DNA of 64,000 nt from Candidatus Bathyarchaeota archaeon (GTDB lineage: Archaea; Thermoproteota; Bathyarchaeia; Bathyarchaeales; Bathycorpusculaceae). The first letter of the stretch is position 1. Every line of letters starts with the position of its first letter. Location of the stretch: NCBI GenBank assembly GCA_963828195.1, contig CAWHDT010000008.1, positions 64,001-128,000 of the forward strand. Reading direction: 5' to 3'. The notes under the pieces were generated by a model. That model did no database searches. It was not told the origin of the DNA and saw nothing but the letters and a program-made list of their open reading frames with translations. The translations under genes and the position numbers were made by a program. Shown here one piece after another: positions 1-10,631 of this stretch.

Positions 1-241
1 CACTGCCATCTCATCATACTTGACCGATATAGACGTTCCCAGCAGCTTGACTTTTTCAGGTGTTGCTGCAGTGCAACTTCAAAGTCTCAGTTGCCGAAAC
101 GGATCATCTGGATGTATTTCATGTTCTCAAACCGCTTGTGCCTTGGCAGTTTCTTTACGGTTAGGACGTTTCCTTTGTAATGGGCGATCAAAGAAATTAG
201 AGAAAATCGTATTCTCGGTCGGCTGCGACTATCGCCTTTAT

Positions 242-320
242 TATCGGATCAAGCAAGAGTCCACTCAGCCCCAATCGTTTCTCAGTTGTTTTGTGGGACT
301 AAAAAAAGGGAAAAAAGGGA
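242..320 (-). repeat. Oligo-T terminator plus ~70-nt 3' flank shared with 23856-23930
   Basis: Minus strand CCCTTTTTTT-AGTC...GATTGGGGCTGAGTGGACTCT...CGATA aligns by eye with CCCTTTTTTT-AGTC...GATAGAGGCTGAGTAGGCTCT...CGATA after paralog 3. Confidence 0.6.
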
Positions 321-334
321 TTTGTTTTGTCGGT

Positions 335-2869
335 TTACGGGTGTTTTCTTGTCACGAGTAGTGCGACTATGGCAATGCCTACGATGAAGACAATGATCAT
401 TGCGACGACTGCGTACATGACTGTGGTGTTTGAGGCTAATCCGCTAACTGGCGTTGCGGGTGCTACCGTTGGCGCTGGAGAGCTGGCGTAGAATCCTGTG
501 GAAGCGGTAGATCCATAGTATGAATCTGTGCCTGCAAAGGTGGCGTATACAGTGAAGTTGCCGGCGATGTCAGGTGTCCATGTGAAGTAGTAGTCGCCTA
601 AAGCATCGGTTGTTGTTGTGCCGATTGTTCGGTAATTACCGTTGGAGTCTAAGACTGAGAATGTAACTGGTACCCCCGTAGTGTTGGTTGGCATAGGCTG
701 CTGTTCGTAGACTGCTTCCATGAACTGTGGCATGCTCGCGTCGGAAACGCATGGCAAGCCGTTGGGGAAGTTCGCTGCAACTGCTTCTTGCGATGCGCCT
801 GCGGAGATGTCAGTCACTGAACCAGTAATTGTGATTGGTGTTGATGTTGACACTCCTATCTGCGGTGCACTTATCGTGGTTTTGCTTGGACCTTGACCGA
901 AGCAGTAAAGTTGGTTATCATAGCCGTTGAATGTCACAAAGTAGCCGTCTGCGATGGCGTTGCCGCCAGCGTGTGCTTGAGCCATGAAGCCGTTTATAGT
1001 CCATACGACTTGTCCATTTGTAGCGTTAAGTGCGATAAACTGTGAACCATCGTATAGCGGGTCGCCGTGGCTGAGTCCTGTGCCCACAAAGAGTTCACCG
1101 CCGCCTAAGGTTAAGCTGTACAATTGCTCCAATAGATAGGTCGATGTGGGTGTTTGTAAACCGGCTGGTGGTGGTGTGTAAGTCCATAGTAGATTACCGT
1201 TGGTAAGATTGTATGCACTGACTGACCCTGGGGCTTGAATGTACCATACAGATCCGTCTGATGTTGAGTCTCTTGCGTCAGTGTCCCATGGATTAGTATC
1301 GGCTACCGTGGTAACCCACATCTGTGTGCCATTAAGCATGCTGAAGGCGTAGTATATGCCTGTCTGTTTGTTGTGTTCGATGTAAATTCCGTCTTGTGCG
1401 CTTTCCATCCATCCGCTTGACGTACCGCTAATTTGGGGAGTGGTGAGTCCTATTGTACGGTTTACATCCCATAGGAAATTGCCGGTCGTTGCATCGTAGC
1501 CTGCTTCCCATTGCCATGTCGTCGTGGCAGCTGTTCCAACCACAAGTACTGCGCCGCCATCTACGTATAGAATGGACACCGAGGCGGGCGTGCTCTCAGA
1601 GAATATGGGCACTGTCGTGTTGAACTGTACACCTGTTGTCCATTGCACAGTGGTTCCCAAAGTGAGAGGCCTGTATTCTCCTGATACACTGCCTGCAGTT
1701 CCGCTGTTAGCCCATAGACATTGTGTAGAGTTCCACATCTCGAGGTAACCATAGGTTTGGTTGATGACATGCATGGAGTATTGTAATATTTCGCCGTTTG
1801 GTCCCATTACGGTAGTTGACGTAGCTGCGCCTACGATGTTGAGTATCCATTCGCCTGTTGTTGCATCGTATAGTGATATTGTGGTGCCTGCCTGATTCCA
1901 GAGGTATGCGATGCCGCCTACTTCGTTGGGGTTGTGATGGGTGTACACTTCACCGTAAGTTATTCCTGTGACGTTCATGAAAAATTCTTGCTGTCCTGTT
2001 CGTAGGTTAACTGCGTATACGCCGGTGGCCGGTTGAATCCCTGAAGGTTTGTTATAATACATGATTCCGTTTATGATTACAGGTGGAACGAAGAATGGCT
2101 CATAGGATTTTCCCGTGTAATAGTTGCTTAAATCGTTCTGCTCACTTCCGCCGATTTGACCGCCAAATGCACCGCCATCCGGTTGAGTCCACATAATGTG
2201 AGGAGTCAGGGGCGCAGTCGTGTACGCGTTGTAGCTCTGCGAAACGAATTGTCCAGCCGTCAAGTCATATGAAGCGATGTCGCCATACCAGTTTCCCGAT
2301 ATTGATTGCCACTCTTGGTTTGTCCAGTAAACGGGGTTTGTCCAGTAGCTGGTTGGAAGGGGCGTTTGGGGCAGATTAGCTATAGGCAGCTGCTGTACCG
2401 TAATTGTGAAGGTTGCACTGCTGGGCTCATAAGACCTGTTAAGGTCTAAGCTTGCCGAGGTAATTACTTGTCCTGGGAAGTTGACTGTGAAAGTGTAGTT
2501 GCCGGTCACTGTTGGAGTGTAGTTAACGCCTATTGTTGCGGCGGCGCTTGCAGTATATGGTCCTAGCGTGGAATTTGCGCCCGTTGGGTCTGTTATTATT
2601 ATAGTGAACCCTGTCCAATATAATCCGGCGGCGCTAAGGTAGGTTCCTGTTAATGGGTCGAATTCGAGTAGCCATGCGTCAATGAAAACTGTCTGACCAA
2701 CTCCAACTGGGTTGGGGGAAACATCGATGTAAGCATTTGTCGGATAGCTACTTTGTGTAGTAGGAATTTGGGCATTAACGTTCGGATTTAGCATCATTGA
2801 AGCTGACATTGAGAATGTTAAGAATACTGCAATCGCAATAGCTGCAATTCTGTTTTTACTAATTTGCAT
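335..2869 (-). CDS. Membrane-anchored PQQ-like beta-propeller surface protein, paralog 1
   Basis: Signal peptide; SPNPVGVGQ Ig-like start; repeated xNxTxGxxxW blade motifs; conserved NGLPCVSDAS C-terminal domain; TM helix and RKHP tail. Confidence 0.8.
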   Translation of the reverse strand: MQISKNRIAAIAIAVFLTFSMSASMMLNPNVNAQIPTTQSSYPTNAYIDVSPNPVGVGQTVFIDAWLLEFDPLTGTYLSAAGLYWTGFTIIITDPTGANSTLGPYTASAAATIGVNYTPTVTGNYTFTVNFPGQVITSASLDLNRSYEPSSATFTITVQQLPIANLPQTPLPTSYWTNPVYWTNQEWQSISGNWYGDIASYDLTAGQFVSQSYNAYTTAPLTPHIMWTQPDGGAFGGQIGGSEQNDLSNYYTGKSYEPFFVPPVIINGIMYYNKPSGIQPATGVYAVNLRTGQQEFFMNVTGITYGEVYTHHNPNEVGGIAYLWNQAGTTISLYDATTGEWILNIVGAATSTTVMGPNGEILQYSMHVINQTYGYLEMWNSTQCLWANSGTAGSVSGEYRPLTLGTTVQWTTGVQFNTTVPIFSESTPASVSILYVDGGAVLVVGTAATTTWQWEAGYDATTGNFLWDVNRTIGLTTPQISGTSSGWMESAQDGIYIEHNKQTGIYYAFSMLNGTQMWVTTVADTNPWDTDARDSTSDGSVWYIQAPGSVSAYNLTNGNLLWTYTPPPAGLQTPTSTYLLEQLYSLTLGGGELFVGTGLSHGDPLYDGSQFIALNATNGQVVWTINGFMAQAHAGGNAIADGYFVTFNGYDNQLYCFGQGPSKTTISAPQIGVSTSTPITITGSVTDISAGASQEAVAANFPNGLPCVSDASMPQFMEAVYEQQPMPTNTTGVPVTFSVLDSNGNYRTIGTTTTDALGDYYFTWTPDIAGNFTVYATFAGTDSYYGSTASTGFYASSPAPTVAPATPVSGLASNTTVMYAVVAMIIVFIVGIAIVALLVTRKHP

Positions 2870-2958
2870 TTTTCTTATCTCCTATAAGTTGTGATTACTA
2901 CTGGGATGGAATTAATTTATAAAGTTATGCATAATCGCTTCAAAAAGTGCTTTTTTCC

Positions 2959-3176
2959 GATTGAAAATTTCCATTTAATGAACTTTTACAGCCTTAAGCC
3001 TACTATAAAATATTTGCCTATGAAGGAGAGAAGTTTGAGCAATAAGAAGTAGTTACGACCAAATTTGAGCACCATTAAAAAAGTAGGGCTATCGACCACT
3101 TACTCTTCCTCAGCTAAGGCGAGCGATTGGGAAAACCTTCAATATTGTGGCATGTGCCTTAATAGATTGAAAATTT
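2959..3176. promoter_or_regulatory. Divergent promoter region with a 12-bp direct repeat GATTGAAAATTT (2959-2970 and 3165-3176)
   Basis: Exact repeat; each copy lies near a TATA-like box (TTTATAAA ~2916; TTATAAA ~3188). Confidence 0.45.
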
Positions 3177-3242
3177 TACGAGAAATCTTATAAACGGCAT
3201 GGTAATTAGCATTTATGGTTCAACATTTAAAGGGAAACAAAT

Positions 3243-4274
3243 TTGGCTGACCAAGTAAAAATTGATGAAATCGACGCGAAAATACTGAAGATACTTCTTT
3301 CTGAATCCCGAACCAGTTTTACCGATATCTCCAAAGAATGTAAAATCACAGTAACTGCAATCAGAATGCGGTATAAACAATTATGGGAAAAAGAAGTAAT
3401 TAACGGCGAAAAAATGCTTGTTAACCCACATTGCTTGGGCTATCGTCATATTGTGGATTTAGGTATTACAACGACAGTTGAAAACGAAACAGAAGCAGCT
3501 AAGTTGCTTGAAAATAAACCGTATATTGCTGGGTTGGTAGGCCCATTTGGCAATTATAGCTTCTTTGGGAAAGTAGCTTTACGCGACCTCAATAAGCTGC
3601 ATGAGATAATTGAGGATTTAGAGTCAAACCACATCATCAAACATGTTGATGCTTTAATCTGGGCGGAAGCAGTAAACTTGGAGTTTCCGCAAAACCTAAT
3701 AATTAAACCTCTTGACAAGGATAATTTTCGAAGCAATCGTAAGTCTCTTTTAACTGATTTAGATAGGCCAGCAATACAGATTGATGAAATAGACAGAAAA
3801 ATCGCCAAAATTCTTTCAGAAAATTCGCGCGTTCCCTTCAAAAAAATTGCTCAAGAACTAGAACTATCTGTCAAAACGGTAATTCAAAAATACAAAAAAC
3901 TTCGGGGAAACCTGTTAACTCTCTCCACAATAACTCTTAACTTGAACAAACTTGGATACACCGCTCTTGGAAACATTTACATAAAAATTTCAAATCGAAG
4001 CAAAATGCCCGAAATCTATTCTAAACTGCTTCAGATCCCCAACTTGATAGTTATTATCAGGCTTATCGGTCAATATGATCTCTACTGCTCAGTTGCATTG
4101 GAAGATTTCGGCAAGTTGTTTGAAGCTGAAGAGAAATTAAGAAGAATAAGCGGTATCGAAACGGTGTTGGTTTACCTGACGAAAATGCCTCCATCGTGGC
4201 CGCTGAACTTGTTCCCTTCATTAATTGACAACGAAGCAATTCAACCAAAATACTGGCCCACCGAAACCAAGTAG
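3243..4274 (+). CDS. Tandem (two-unit) Lrp/AsnC family transcriptional regulator
   Basis: Two HTH starts (IDEIDAKILKILLSESRTSF; IDEIDRKIAKILSENSRVPF), each followed by a RAM-like domain (IGQYDL). Confidence 0.88.
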   Translation: MADQVKIDEIDAKILKILLSESRTSFTDISKECKITVTAIRMRYKQLWEKEVINGEKMLVNPHCLGYRHIVDLGITTTVENETEAAKLLENKPYIAGLVGPFGNYSFFGKVALRDLNKLHEIIEDLESNHIIKHVDALIWAEAVNLEFPQNLIIKPLDKDNFRSNRKSLLTDLDRPAIQIDEIDRKIAKILSENSRVPFKKIAQELELSVKTVIQKYKKLRGNLLTLSTITLNLNKLGYTALGNIYIKISNRSKMPEIYSKLLQIPNLIVIIRLIGQYDLYCSVALEDFGKLFEAEEKLRRISGIETVLVYLTKMPPSWPLNLFPSLIDNEAIQPKYWPTETK

Positions 4275-4565
4275 CACCAGGGTAAATACAAAATCTTTCC
4301 GGCGATCGATCTCGCTATTAACCGAGTGTTATGGCTGCGATCGTTTCTTGAGCTAATTATTAAATTAGCTATTGTTCATAAATAAACTAATTTCTGCAAC
4401 CAAATAAAGACAAAATTTCTCTTTTCTACAAAGTTTATAAGCAGGTGGTAACAAAAAAATTGATTGAGTTAGAAGCATTAATGCTCGCGCGTGCTAAATT
4501 TCTTGTTCAACAGTTCGTGCGTTTATGCTTTTTTGCTCAATAAAAATGAAATTGAGGAAAGAAAA

Positions 4566-7241
4566 ATGAAAAATCTAAAAAGTAAAGCTATGGCTATTTT
4601 GATTGCTTTAGTTCTAACAGTTTCTATAGGAGCTTCAATGTCAATAATACCAAATGCCAGCGCACACAGTCCAGGATGGACCATTATTTCATATGCATAC
4701 ATTAACGCTGCGCCAAACCCGATAGGCGTCGGACAGCAAGCGGCAGTTTCAATGTGGGTTGATTGCCCACTTGTAGGAGCCGCATTGAGCGACAACGTTA
4801 GACGCACGGGCTACACACTTACCATCACAGCGCCTGACGGAACAAACACAACAGAAACATGGGCAGAATGCACTGACCCAACAGGAGTACAAACCACCTA
4901 CTATACCCCCACTGCAGCGGGCACCTACATGTTCACGTTTAACTATGCAGGACAAAACTACACTTTTACCGCAGCTCAGGGAGGAACAACAACGTATGAC
5001 GGCGATTATTTCACGCCTGCAACCCGATCGACAAACCTGACTGTACAGCAAGAACCAGTTTCTTCACCAGTGGCTAGCAATCCACTTCCAACCGCGTACT
5101 GGACCTACCCCATATACGGAGAAAACAACTATTGGTTCACGGTTGCGTCAAACTGGCTCGCACAACCCTACATCCTTAACGCGGGCGACTCATACGATGG
5201 TGGTCAACAAGCTTACGGCTCAGGACCATCAAGCGCACACATCATGTGGACTTCTCCAGATGGGTACGGCGGAGTTCTCGGAGGAAACGACACTGCAGTC
5301 CCCGGAGTAGCATACTACACAGGTCTCTCATACAACCCCAGATTCAACAATCCAATCATTATGAACGGAGTCCTCTACTATGCACAGATGTACGGCAACT
5401 CAGGCACCGGCGGACCATACGTTGCAATAAACTTGGAGACAGGAGCGCAGATTTGGAGTATCAACACAACAGCAACAGGCGTATCTTTGGTACCATCGTT
5501 CGGCTATGAATATGATTTAGAGTGCCCCAACCAATACGGCGCATTACCAAACGGCTTACTTGTCGCACCCACAACCGCTTATCCTGGTCTAGGAACAGTT
5601 TGGAGAACCTATGACCCAGCAACTGGAATACTTACATCCATGAACATCACCAACGTTCCATCAGGATCAGCCGTTGCAGGACCATCAGGCGAATACCTAA
5701 TATACACTCTGACCAACCTCGGAAGCGCAGCAAAACCCAACTATTACTTAACTGAATGGAACTCATCTCTCGTATTCGGCGGATTAAATGCGACAGCAGG
5801 AGCCTTATCTCCAACAGGATGGTATTCAGGAACAGAAAACGCAAGCTTACCAACATGCTACGACTGGAACATATCAGTCAGCCTTGGCGGTTCACCTCCA
5901 AGCATATCAGCTTGGGCTATTGGAACATGCGAAAGAGGCACACAACCCTTGATCAGCCTGGGCAACGAAATCATTTTCATTCAAGGAACCTTCGGAGGAC
6001 ACGTTGGCGATTCAGGCGCTGCAACCACTACATACCCAGCGAACATGACATGCGTCAGCTTAAACCCTGCAACGTTGGGAACTACTTTATGGACGCAGGC
6101 TTATCAGCAAGCGCCAAACAACGAAACCCGCTTCCTTGCAGCTTGGGATCCAACCACCGGAGTCTTCATCTTCAACGACAAAGAGGACTTCGCTAACTGG
6201 GGCTACAGCATAGCTACTGGAAACTACCTGTGGGGTCCATCATATGTACCAGCCACATCTAGCGTTGACTGGAACTTCCCCATCTGGTACACTGACTGCT
6301 GCGACTACGGCAACCTTTACTCAGACGGCTTCAGCGGAATACTAAGCTGCTGGAACGACACAACCGGCGCATTAGAATGGACCTTTGGCAACGGAGGACC
6401 AGGCAACAGCACCAACGCAGGAACAGCCACACCCTACGGCTACTACCCAGAATTCATCGAATGCATCGGCGACGGACAAATCTACATGGCAGGCAACGAC
6501 CACTCACCAACCACCCCACTGTACAAAGGAGCACAACTATACGACGTCAACGCAACCAGCGGAGCAGAACTCTGGCAAATCAGCGGATGGGGCAACCAAA
6601 TGAGCGGAGCTGAAGGAGCAGTCGCCGCGGGTTACCTAACAGTCTTCAACCCATACAACTCAGAAATCCAATGCTTCGGCCAAGGACCAAGCCAATTAAC
6701 CGTTACAGCACCCAACACTGCCACACAAGTCGGCACACCCATAGTGATAAGAGGCACAGTCATGGACATTTCCGCAGGCACAACCCAAAACCAAGAAGCA
6801 ATGGACTTTCCAAACGGTGTTCCATGTGTTTCTGACGCAAGCCAAGGCGCATGGATGCAATACGTTTACGACCAATTCCCGATGCCGACAAACGTGACCG
6901 GTGTTCCAGTGACAATCAGCGTCATCGACTCTAACGGCAACTACAGAACCATCGGCACCACAACATCTGATGCAAGCGGCATGTTCACTTTAAGTTGGGC
7001 ACCAGACATCCCAGGCTCATACACAGTCATCGCTAATTTCGCGGGTTCAAACTCGTACTATCCATCTTCATCTGAAACATCCTTCTACGCAACCGCAGCA
7101 CCAACAGCAACACCTGGACCCACAACTACCCCAACTTCAGTCGCAGACTTGTACTTCGTTCCCGCAATCGCTGGACTATTCGTCTTAATCATCATAGTCT
7201 TGGCTGTAGTCGTACTGCTGATGTTCAGAAAACGACCATAA
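4566..7241 (+). CDS. Membrane-anchored PQQ-like beta-propeller surface protein, paralog 2
   Basis: Start moved to ATG 4566 (GAGG upstream, signal peptide MKNLKSK...ASA); APNPIGVGQ, NGVPCVSDAS, TM helix and RKRP tail. Confidence 0.8.
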   Translation: MKNLKSKAMAILIALVLTVSIGASMSIIPNASAHSPGWTIISYAYINAAPNPIGVGQQAAVSMWVDCPLVGAALSDNVRRTGYTLTITAPDGTNTTETWAECTDPTGVQTTYYTPTAAGTYMFTFNYAGQNYTFTAAQGGTTTYDGDYFTPATRSTNLTVQQEPVSSPVASNPLPTAYWTYPIYGENNYWFTVASNWLAQPYILNAGDSYDGGQQAYGSGPSSAHIMWTSPDGYGGVLGGNDTAVPGVAYYTGLSYNPRFNNPIIMNGVLYYAQMYGNSGTGGPYVAINLETGAQIWSINTTATGVSLVPSFGYEYDLECPNQYGALPNGLLVAPTTAYPGLGTVWRTYDPATGILTSMNITNVPSGSAVAGPSGEYLIYTLTNLGSAAKPNYYLTEWNSSLVFGGLNATAGALSPTGWYSGTENASLPTCYDWNISVSLGGSPPSISAWAIGTCERGTQPLISLGNEIIFIQGTFGGHVGDSGAATTTYPANMTCVSLNPATLGTTLWTQAYQQAPNNETRFLAAWDPTTGVFIFNDKEDFANWGYSIATGNYLWGPSYVPATSSVDWNFPIWYTDCCDYGNLYSDGFSGILSCWNDTTGALEWTFGNGGPGNSTNAGTATPYGYYPEFIECIGDGQIYMAGNDHSPTTPLYKGAQLYDVNATSGAELWQISGWGNQMSGAEGAVAAGYLTVFNPYNSEIQCFGQGPSQLTVTAPNTATQVGTPIVIRGTVMDISAGTTQNQEAMDFPNGVPCVSDASQGAWMQYVYDQFPMPTNVTGVPVTISVIDSNGNYRTIGTTTSDASGMFTLSWAPDIPGSYTVIANFAGSNSYYPSSSETSFYATAAPTATPGPTTTPTSVADLYFVPAIAGLFVLIIIVLAVVVLLMFRKRP

Positions 7242-7255
7242 AAAACAAAAAATCA

Positions 7256-7281
7256 TTTCCCTTTTTCTTTTTTTCTTTTTT
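7256..7281 (+). terminator. Archaeal oligo-T terminator
   Basis: TTTCCCTTTTTCTTTTTTTCTTTTTT right after the stop codon. Confidence 0.6.
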
Positions 7282-7400
7282 AATACAAACCATGTTAAAA
7301 TCTGCCTTCACAATATCAGATGATTAATAAGCGTCTTTACAGTTGGGAACTGCCGGAACCTGCCCAACAACCTTAAAGAAATCAAATGTTGTGGAGAAAA

Positions 7401-7937
7401 ATGAAAGCTCTTGTAGTTTATGGCACCAGATGGGGCGGCACCGTTGCTGTAGCCTCAAAAATCGGGGAAGCACTCAAAAAAGAAGGCTTAGATACCGATG
7501 TCGCCGATGTAAAGTTGAGCCCTAAAACGCTCAGTTCATACGACCTCGTCATCGTTGGAAGCGGAATAAGAGCCGACAAATGGACTGATGAAATCACGAG
7601 TTTTCTTGAAGCCAACGCGGAGTTGCTTATGGCAAAGAAGACGGCTTTGTTTGTCAGCTGCCACATGTTTGACAGCGAAAAAGAGGCAAGAGATAAAGCG
7701 AAGATTTCATACCTTGACAAAACAGCCGAAAAATACGGTTTGAAACCTGTTGGGCTTGGATTCTTCGGCGGCATCATGGATTTTAAGCAAAGCCACGGCT
7801 TGTTTGTGGATATTCTTGTCAGAGTTAACCGAAGTAAGCTGCGAAGGCAGGGACTTGACACAGCCAAAGTGACTGATACAAGAGATTGGAGCAGCATTGA
7901 GGCTTGGGCAAGTCAGGTTGCTAAAAGCTGCAGGTAA
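7401..7937 (+). CDS. Flavodoxin-domain protein (HemG-like family)
   Basis: MKALVVYGTRWGGT FMN-binding loop, YDLVIVGSGI, C-terminal DTRDWSSIEAWA. Confidence 0.85.
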   Translation: MKALVVYGTRWGGTVAVASKIGEALKKEGLDTDVADVKLSPKTLSSYDLVIVGSGIRADKWTDEITSFLEANAELLMAKKTALFVSCHMFDSEKEARDKAKISYLDKTAEKYGLKPVGLGFFGGIMDFKQSHGLFVDILVRVNRSKLRRQGLDTAKVTDTRDWSSIEAWASQVAKSCR

Positions 7938-8081
7938 AGGCGGCAAATTGAAGCCTAAATCTGCCTGAAGCACCTTTTTGAGCCATTTAAATTTGCTTGA
8001 GTGTAGCATAAGCGTCTAAACAAGAAGTTACCCTTTTAAGCAAGCTAAACAATCTTTTTTCAAGTCAATGAGGTTTACTGT

Positions 8082-8387
8082 TTGGGAAAGAAAAAGGTTC
8101 TAAGCGAAGGCGCAATCGGCGAATTAGTTTACCCGAGAGAAGGGGAAGTTTTAGGTGTAGTTACGAAGCTGCTTGGTTTTGACCGAATCATGGTTAAATG
8201 CCAAGACGGCGCAGAACGTTTATGCAGAATCCGAGGCAAAATGAAGAGGCGCGTATGGATACGGGAAGGCGACATCGTAATTGTTTCGCCGTGGGAGTTT
8301 CAAACTGACAAACGCGGCGACGTCGTTTGGCGATACACGCACTCGCAAGCTGACACGCTAAGGCGCAAGGGCATTCTAATCCTCTAA
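8082..8387 (+). CDS. eif1a: Translation initiation factor aIF-1A
   Basis: RLCRIRGKMKRRVWIREGDIVIVSPWEFQ signature. Confidence 0.96.
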   Translation: MGKKKVLSEGAIGELVYPREGEVLGVVTKLLGFDRIMVKCQDGAERLCRIRGKMKRRVWIREGDIVIVSPWEFQTDKRGDVVWRYTHSQADTLRRKGILIL

Positions 8388-8477
8388 CCTAAATTTTTTC
8401 AATTAAGCCTGCTGAGCACAGGTTTTTTTCAATTTGCTTTTGCAATGCCTTCAAAATTATTGGGACTGAAATGTTTT

Positions 8478-9738
8478 TTATGGGCTGCTTTCTAGAAGCC
8501 AACTGCATAACGGCTTGTAGGTGATTGTTCCTTTGATGCCAAACCATTCACGCGTTTCCTCTTTGTCCTCACGCAAGGTTAGCACCGTCAGCTTGCTGCA
8601 TTTAAGTTCCTTCCCTGCTTTTAGCAGTGCACGAACCTCTCTTTCACGTGTTTTCTCGCTCTCTAATGAATAGCACGCCTGAATTAACTCTACCACTTCC
8701 ATTCCTCTTCTGACCAGAAAATCAACTTCTTTACCCTGTTGATTTCGCCAATAATAAAACTCGATTTTTTTCTCTATTTCTTTTCTTTTCAAGTGCACTG
8801 CAACACAGTTCTCAAAAAGTCTGCCGTAGTTTGGGCTTGCTTGGAACGCTTTTGCAGCGATCATTCCGTTGTCGTAGCTGTACATCTTTCTGTTTTGACC
8901 TGTTTGCTTGGTTTTATATGAAAACCTGCTTACCGTAAACATAAGGTAGGCTTCTTCTAAAAACCCACAGTATTTCTGAGCAGTTACACTACTTTTTAAC
9001 CCGACGGCGCTGGAGAGAGAAAGATAAGAAAATTCAGACGCTAAGTTAGAGAGCAAAAAGATAGCTAACCTTTCGATGTTCAACTCCTTTCCTCAGATTA
9101 TGCCGCTTGATTATATCCTTGTAAATTATTGAGTCAAAAAGTATGGCAAGGTACTGGATGGCGTCGAGCTTTTTCATCACTGTTTCAGGGTACCCGCCGT
9201 AACGCATGTATTCCAGCAAAAAAGCCTCCTTTTCCTGCGTCGTCAGCTTGTCCAGCTCCGCTTTTTTAGCTCTAAGGTATTCTTCGAAGGAAAAAGTAAG
9301 CACCGTAGTCGGTATATGCCTTCCCGTCAGGTGTGTTGCTAATTCTTTGCTTAACAGTTTAGAGTTGCTTCCAGTCACCACTATATTGAAGCCTTCCCGC
9401 TGAAGCCTATTGACAAACAATTCCCACCTGGGCAAGTTTTGAATTTCGTCAAAAAACAAGATTTGGGGGCTTCCAAACACCTGCGCTATCTCCGAGATAA
9501 GGTCATCGTAGTTTTCAAGTTTGATTAAATCTTCATTGTCAAAATTTGCGTAACCAAACCTTTCCGCATCCTTAAGGGTGTGTACGACGAAAAAGGATTT
9601 GCCTGCCCTTCTGGGTCCCATCACCACTTTTATCAGGTTGTGCTCCAAAGAAAATGGTTCAATGGCTCTTTCAACATAAGCTTCTCTGATTGTTCGTTCA
9701 AGTTCAGCTTTTTGCGAAAGGACTACATCTCTTAACAT
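8478..9738 (-). pseudogene. AAA_14/DUF4143 ATP-binding protein split by a single-base insertion near 9088-9090
   Basis: GPRRAGKS, FFDEIQ, VTGSNS and GGYPE in the 5' ORF; FENCV and EVDFL in the 3' ORF; deleting one A gives HNLRKELNIERLAIFLLSN, colinear with HRLRNPQNLRELAKYLISN of the 34590 paralog. May be a sequencing error. Confidence 0.8.
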
Positions 9739-9846
9739 AATAATATCATAATAAAAGAAAATATATAAAAATTTTTATTACAACGCAATATTTAATATGC
9801 CTCGATTAGTTTTAATATCCAAAAGCATTAAGCATGGTTGAATATT

Positions 9847-10629
9847 ATGTCTCGTAAAGCTCAGGAACGCATTGCTCATACCGAAAGAAGAGTGGAGCGA
9901 AGAGACAAAATGCTAACCCACGACATGACCAAAGAACGCGCCACCGTGGAAGAGGTTTTTGACCAAACCACCCGCATGGTTGTCTTTGACATGCTTAACA
10001 GCGGCGTTTTCTACGAACTCAACGGCGTTGTAAGTTCAGGCAAGGAAGCACGAGTTTACTGGGGAACCGATAAGGCAGGCAAGGATTTAGCAGTAAAAAT
10101 CTATTTAACTTCTTCTGCCGAGTTCAAGAAGGGCATGCTCAAATACATCGAAGGCGACCCACGCTTCACAAATATTAAACGTGATACACGATCGCTGATT
10201 GCCATTTGGGCAGCGAAGGAGTTTCGCAATTTAAAAGAAGCATCAGAGGCAAAGGTTCCTGTTCCCAAACCCGTCGCCGTTAAAAGCAACGTAGTTGTTA
10301 TGGAGTTCATCGGGAAAGACGGTGTTAGCGCCCCTTCGCTGAAAGAGCGGCCGCCAGCCAACCCCGAGCGAGCCTACCGTTTATTGGTTACTTACGTGAA
10401 GCGGCTCTACCAAAAAGCCAAGCTTGTGCACGGCGATTTAAGCGAATACAACATTATGATTTGGAAGGGCAAGATAGTGGTTTTTGATATGTCTCAGTCC
10501 GTTTCTATTCAGCATCCGATGGCTGACTTCATGTTGATTAGAGATATAACGAATTTGAATAGGTTCTTTAGTCGCCTAAACGTTAAAGTTTATTCCGTTG
10601 AAGAATTTCACAAGATGGTTGTTGGTTAA
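9847..10629 (+). CDS. rio1: RIO1 serine/threonine kinase
   Basis: SSGKEARVY, AVKIY, LVHGDLSEYNI, FDMSQSV. Confidence 0.95.
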   Translation: MSRKAQERIAHTERRVERRDKMLTHDMTKERATVEEVFDQTTRMVVFDMLNSGVFYELNGVVSSGKEARVYWGTDKAGKDLAVKIYLTSSAEFKKGMLKYIEGDPRFTNIKRDTRSLIAIWAAKEFRNLKEASEAKVPVPKPVAVKSNVVVMEFIGKDGVSAPSLKERPPANPERAYRLLVTYVKRLYQKAKLVHGDLSEYNIMIWKGKIVVFDMSQSVSIQHPMADFMLIRDITNLNRFFSRLNVKVYSVEEFHKMVVG

Positions 10630-10631
10630 AA

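Noticed and set aside
20-361. 113-aa plus-strand ORF
   Set aside because: No motifs; it crosses the terminator and shared 3' flank of paralog 1
4491-4565. N-terminal extension of the ORF (likewise 20987-21112)
   Set aside because: RBS and signal peptides indicate starts at 4566 and 21113; the extensions are 5' UTR
6377-6613. A/C-rich stretch giving alternative-frame ORFs
   Set aside because: Explained by codon bias within paralog 2
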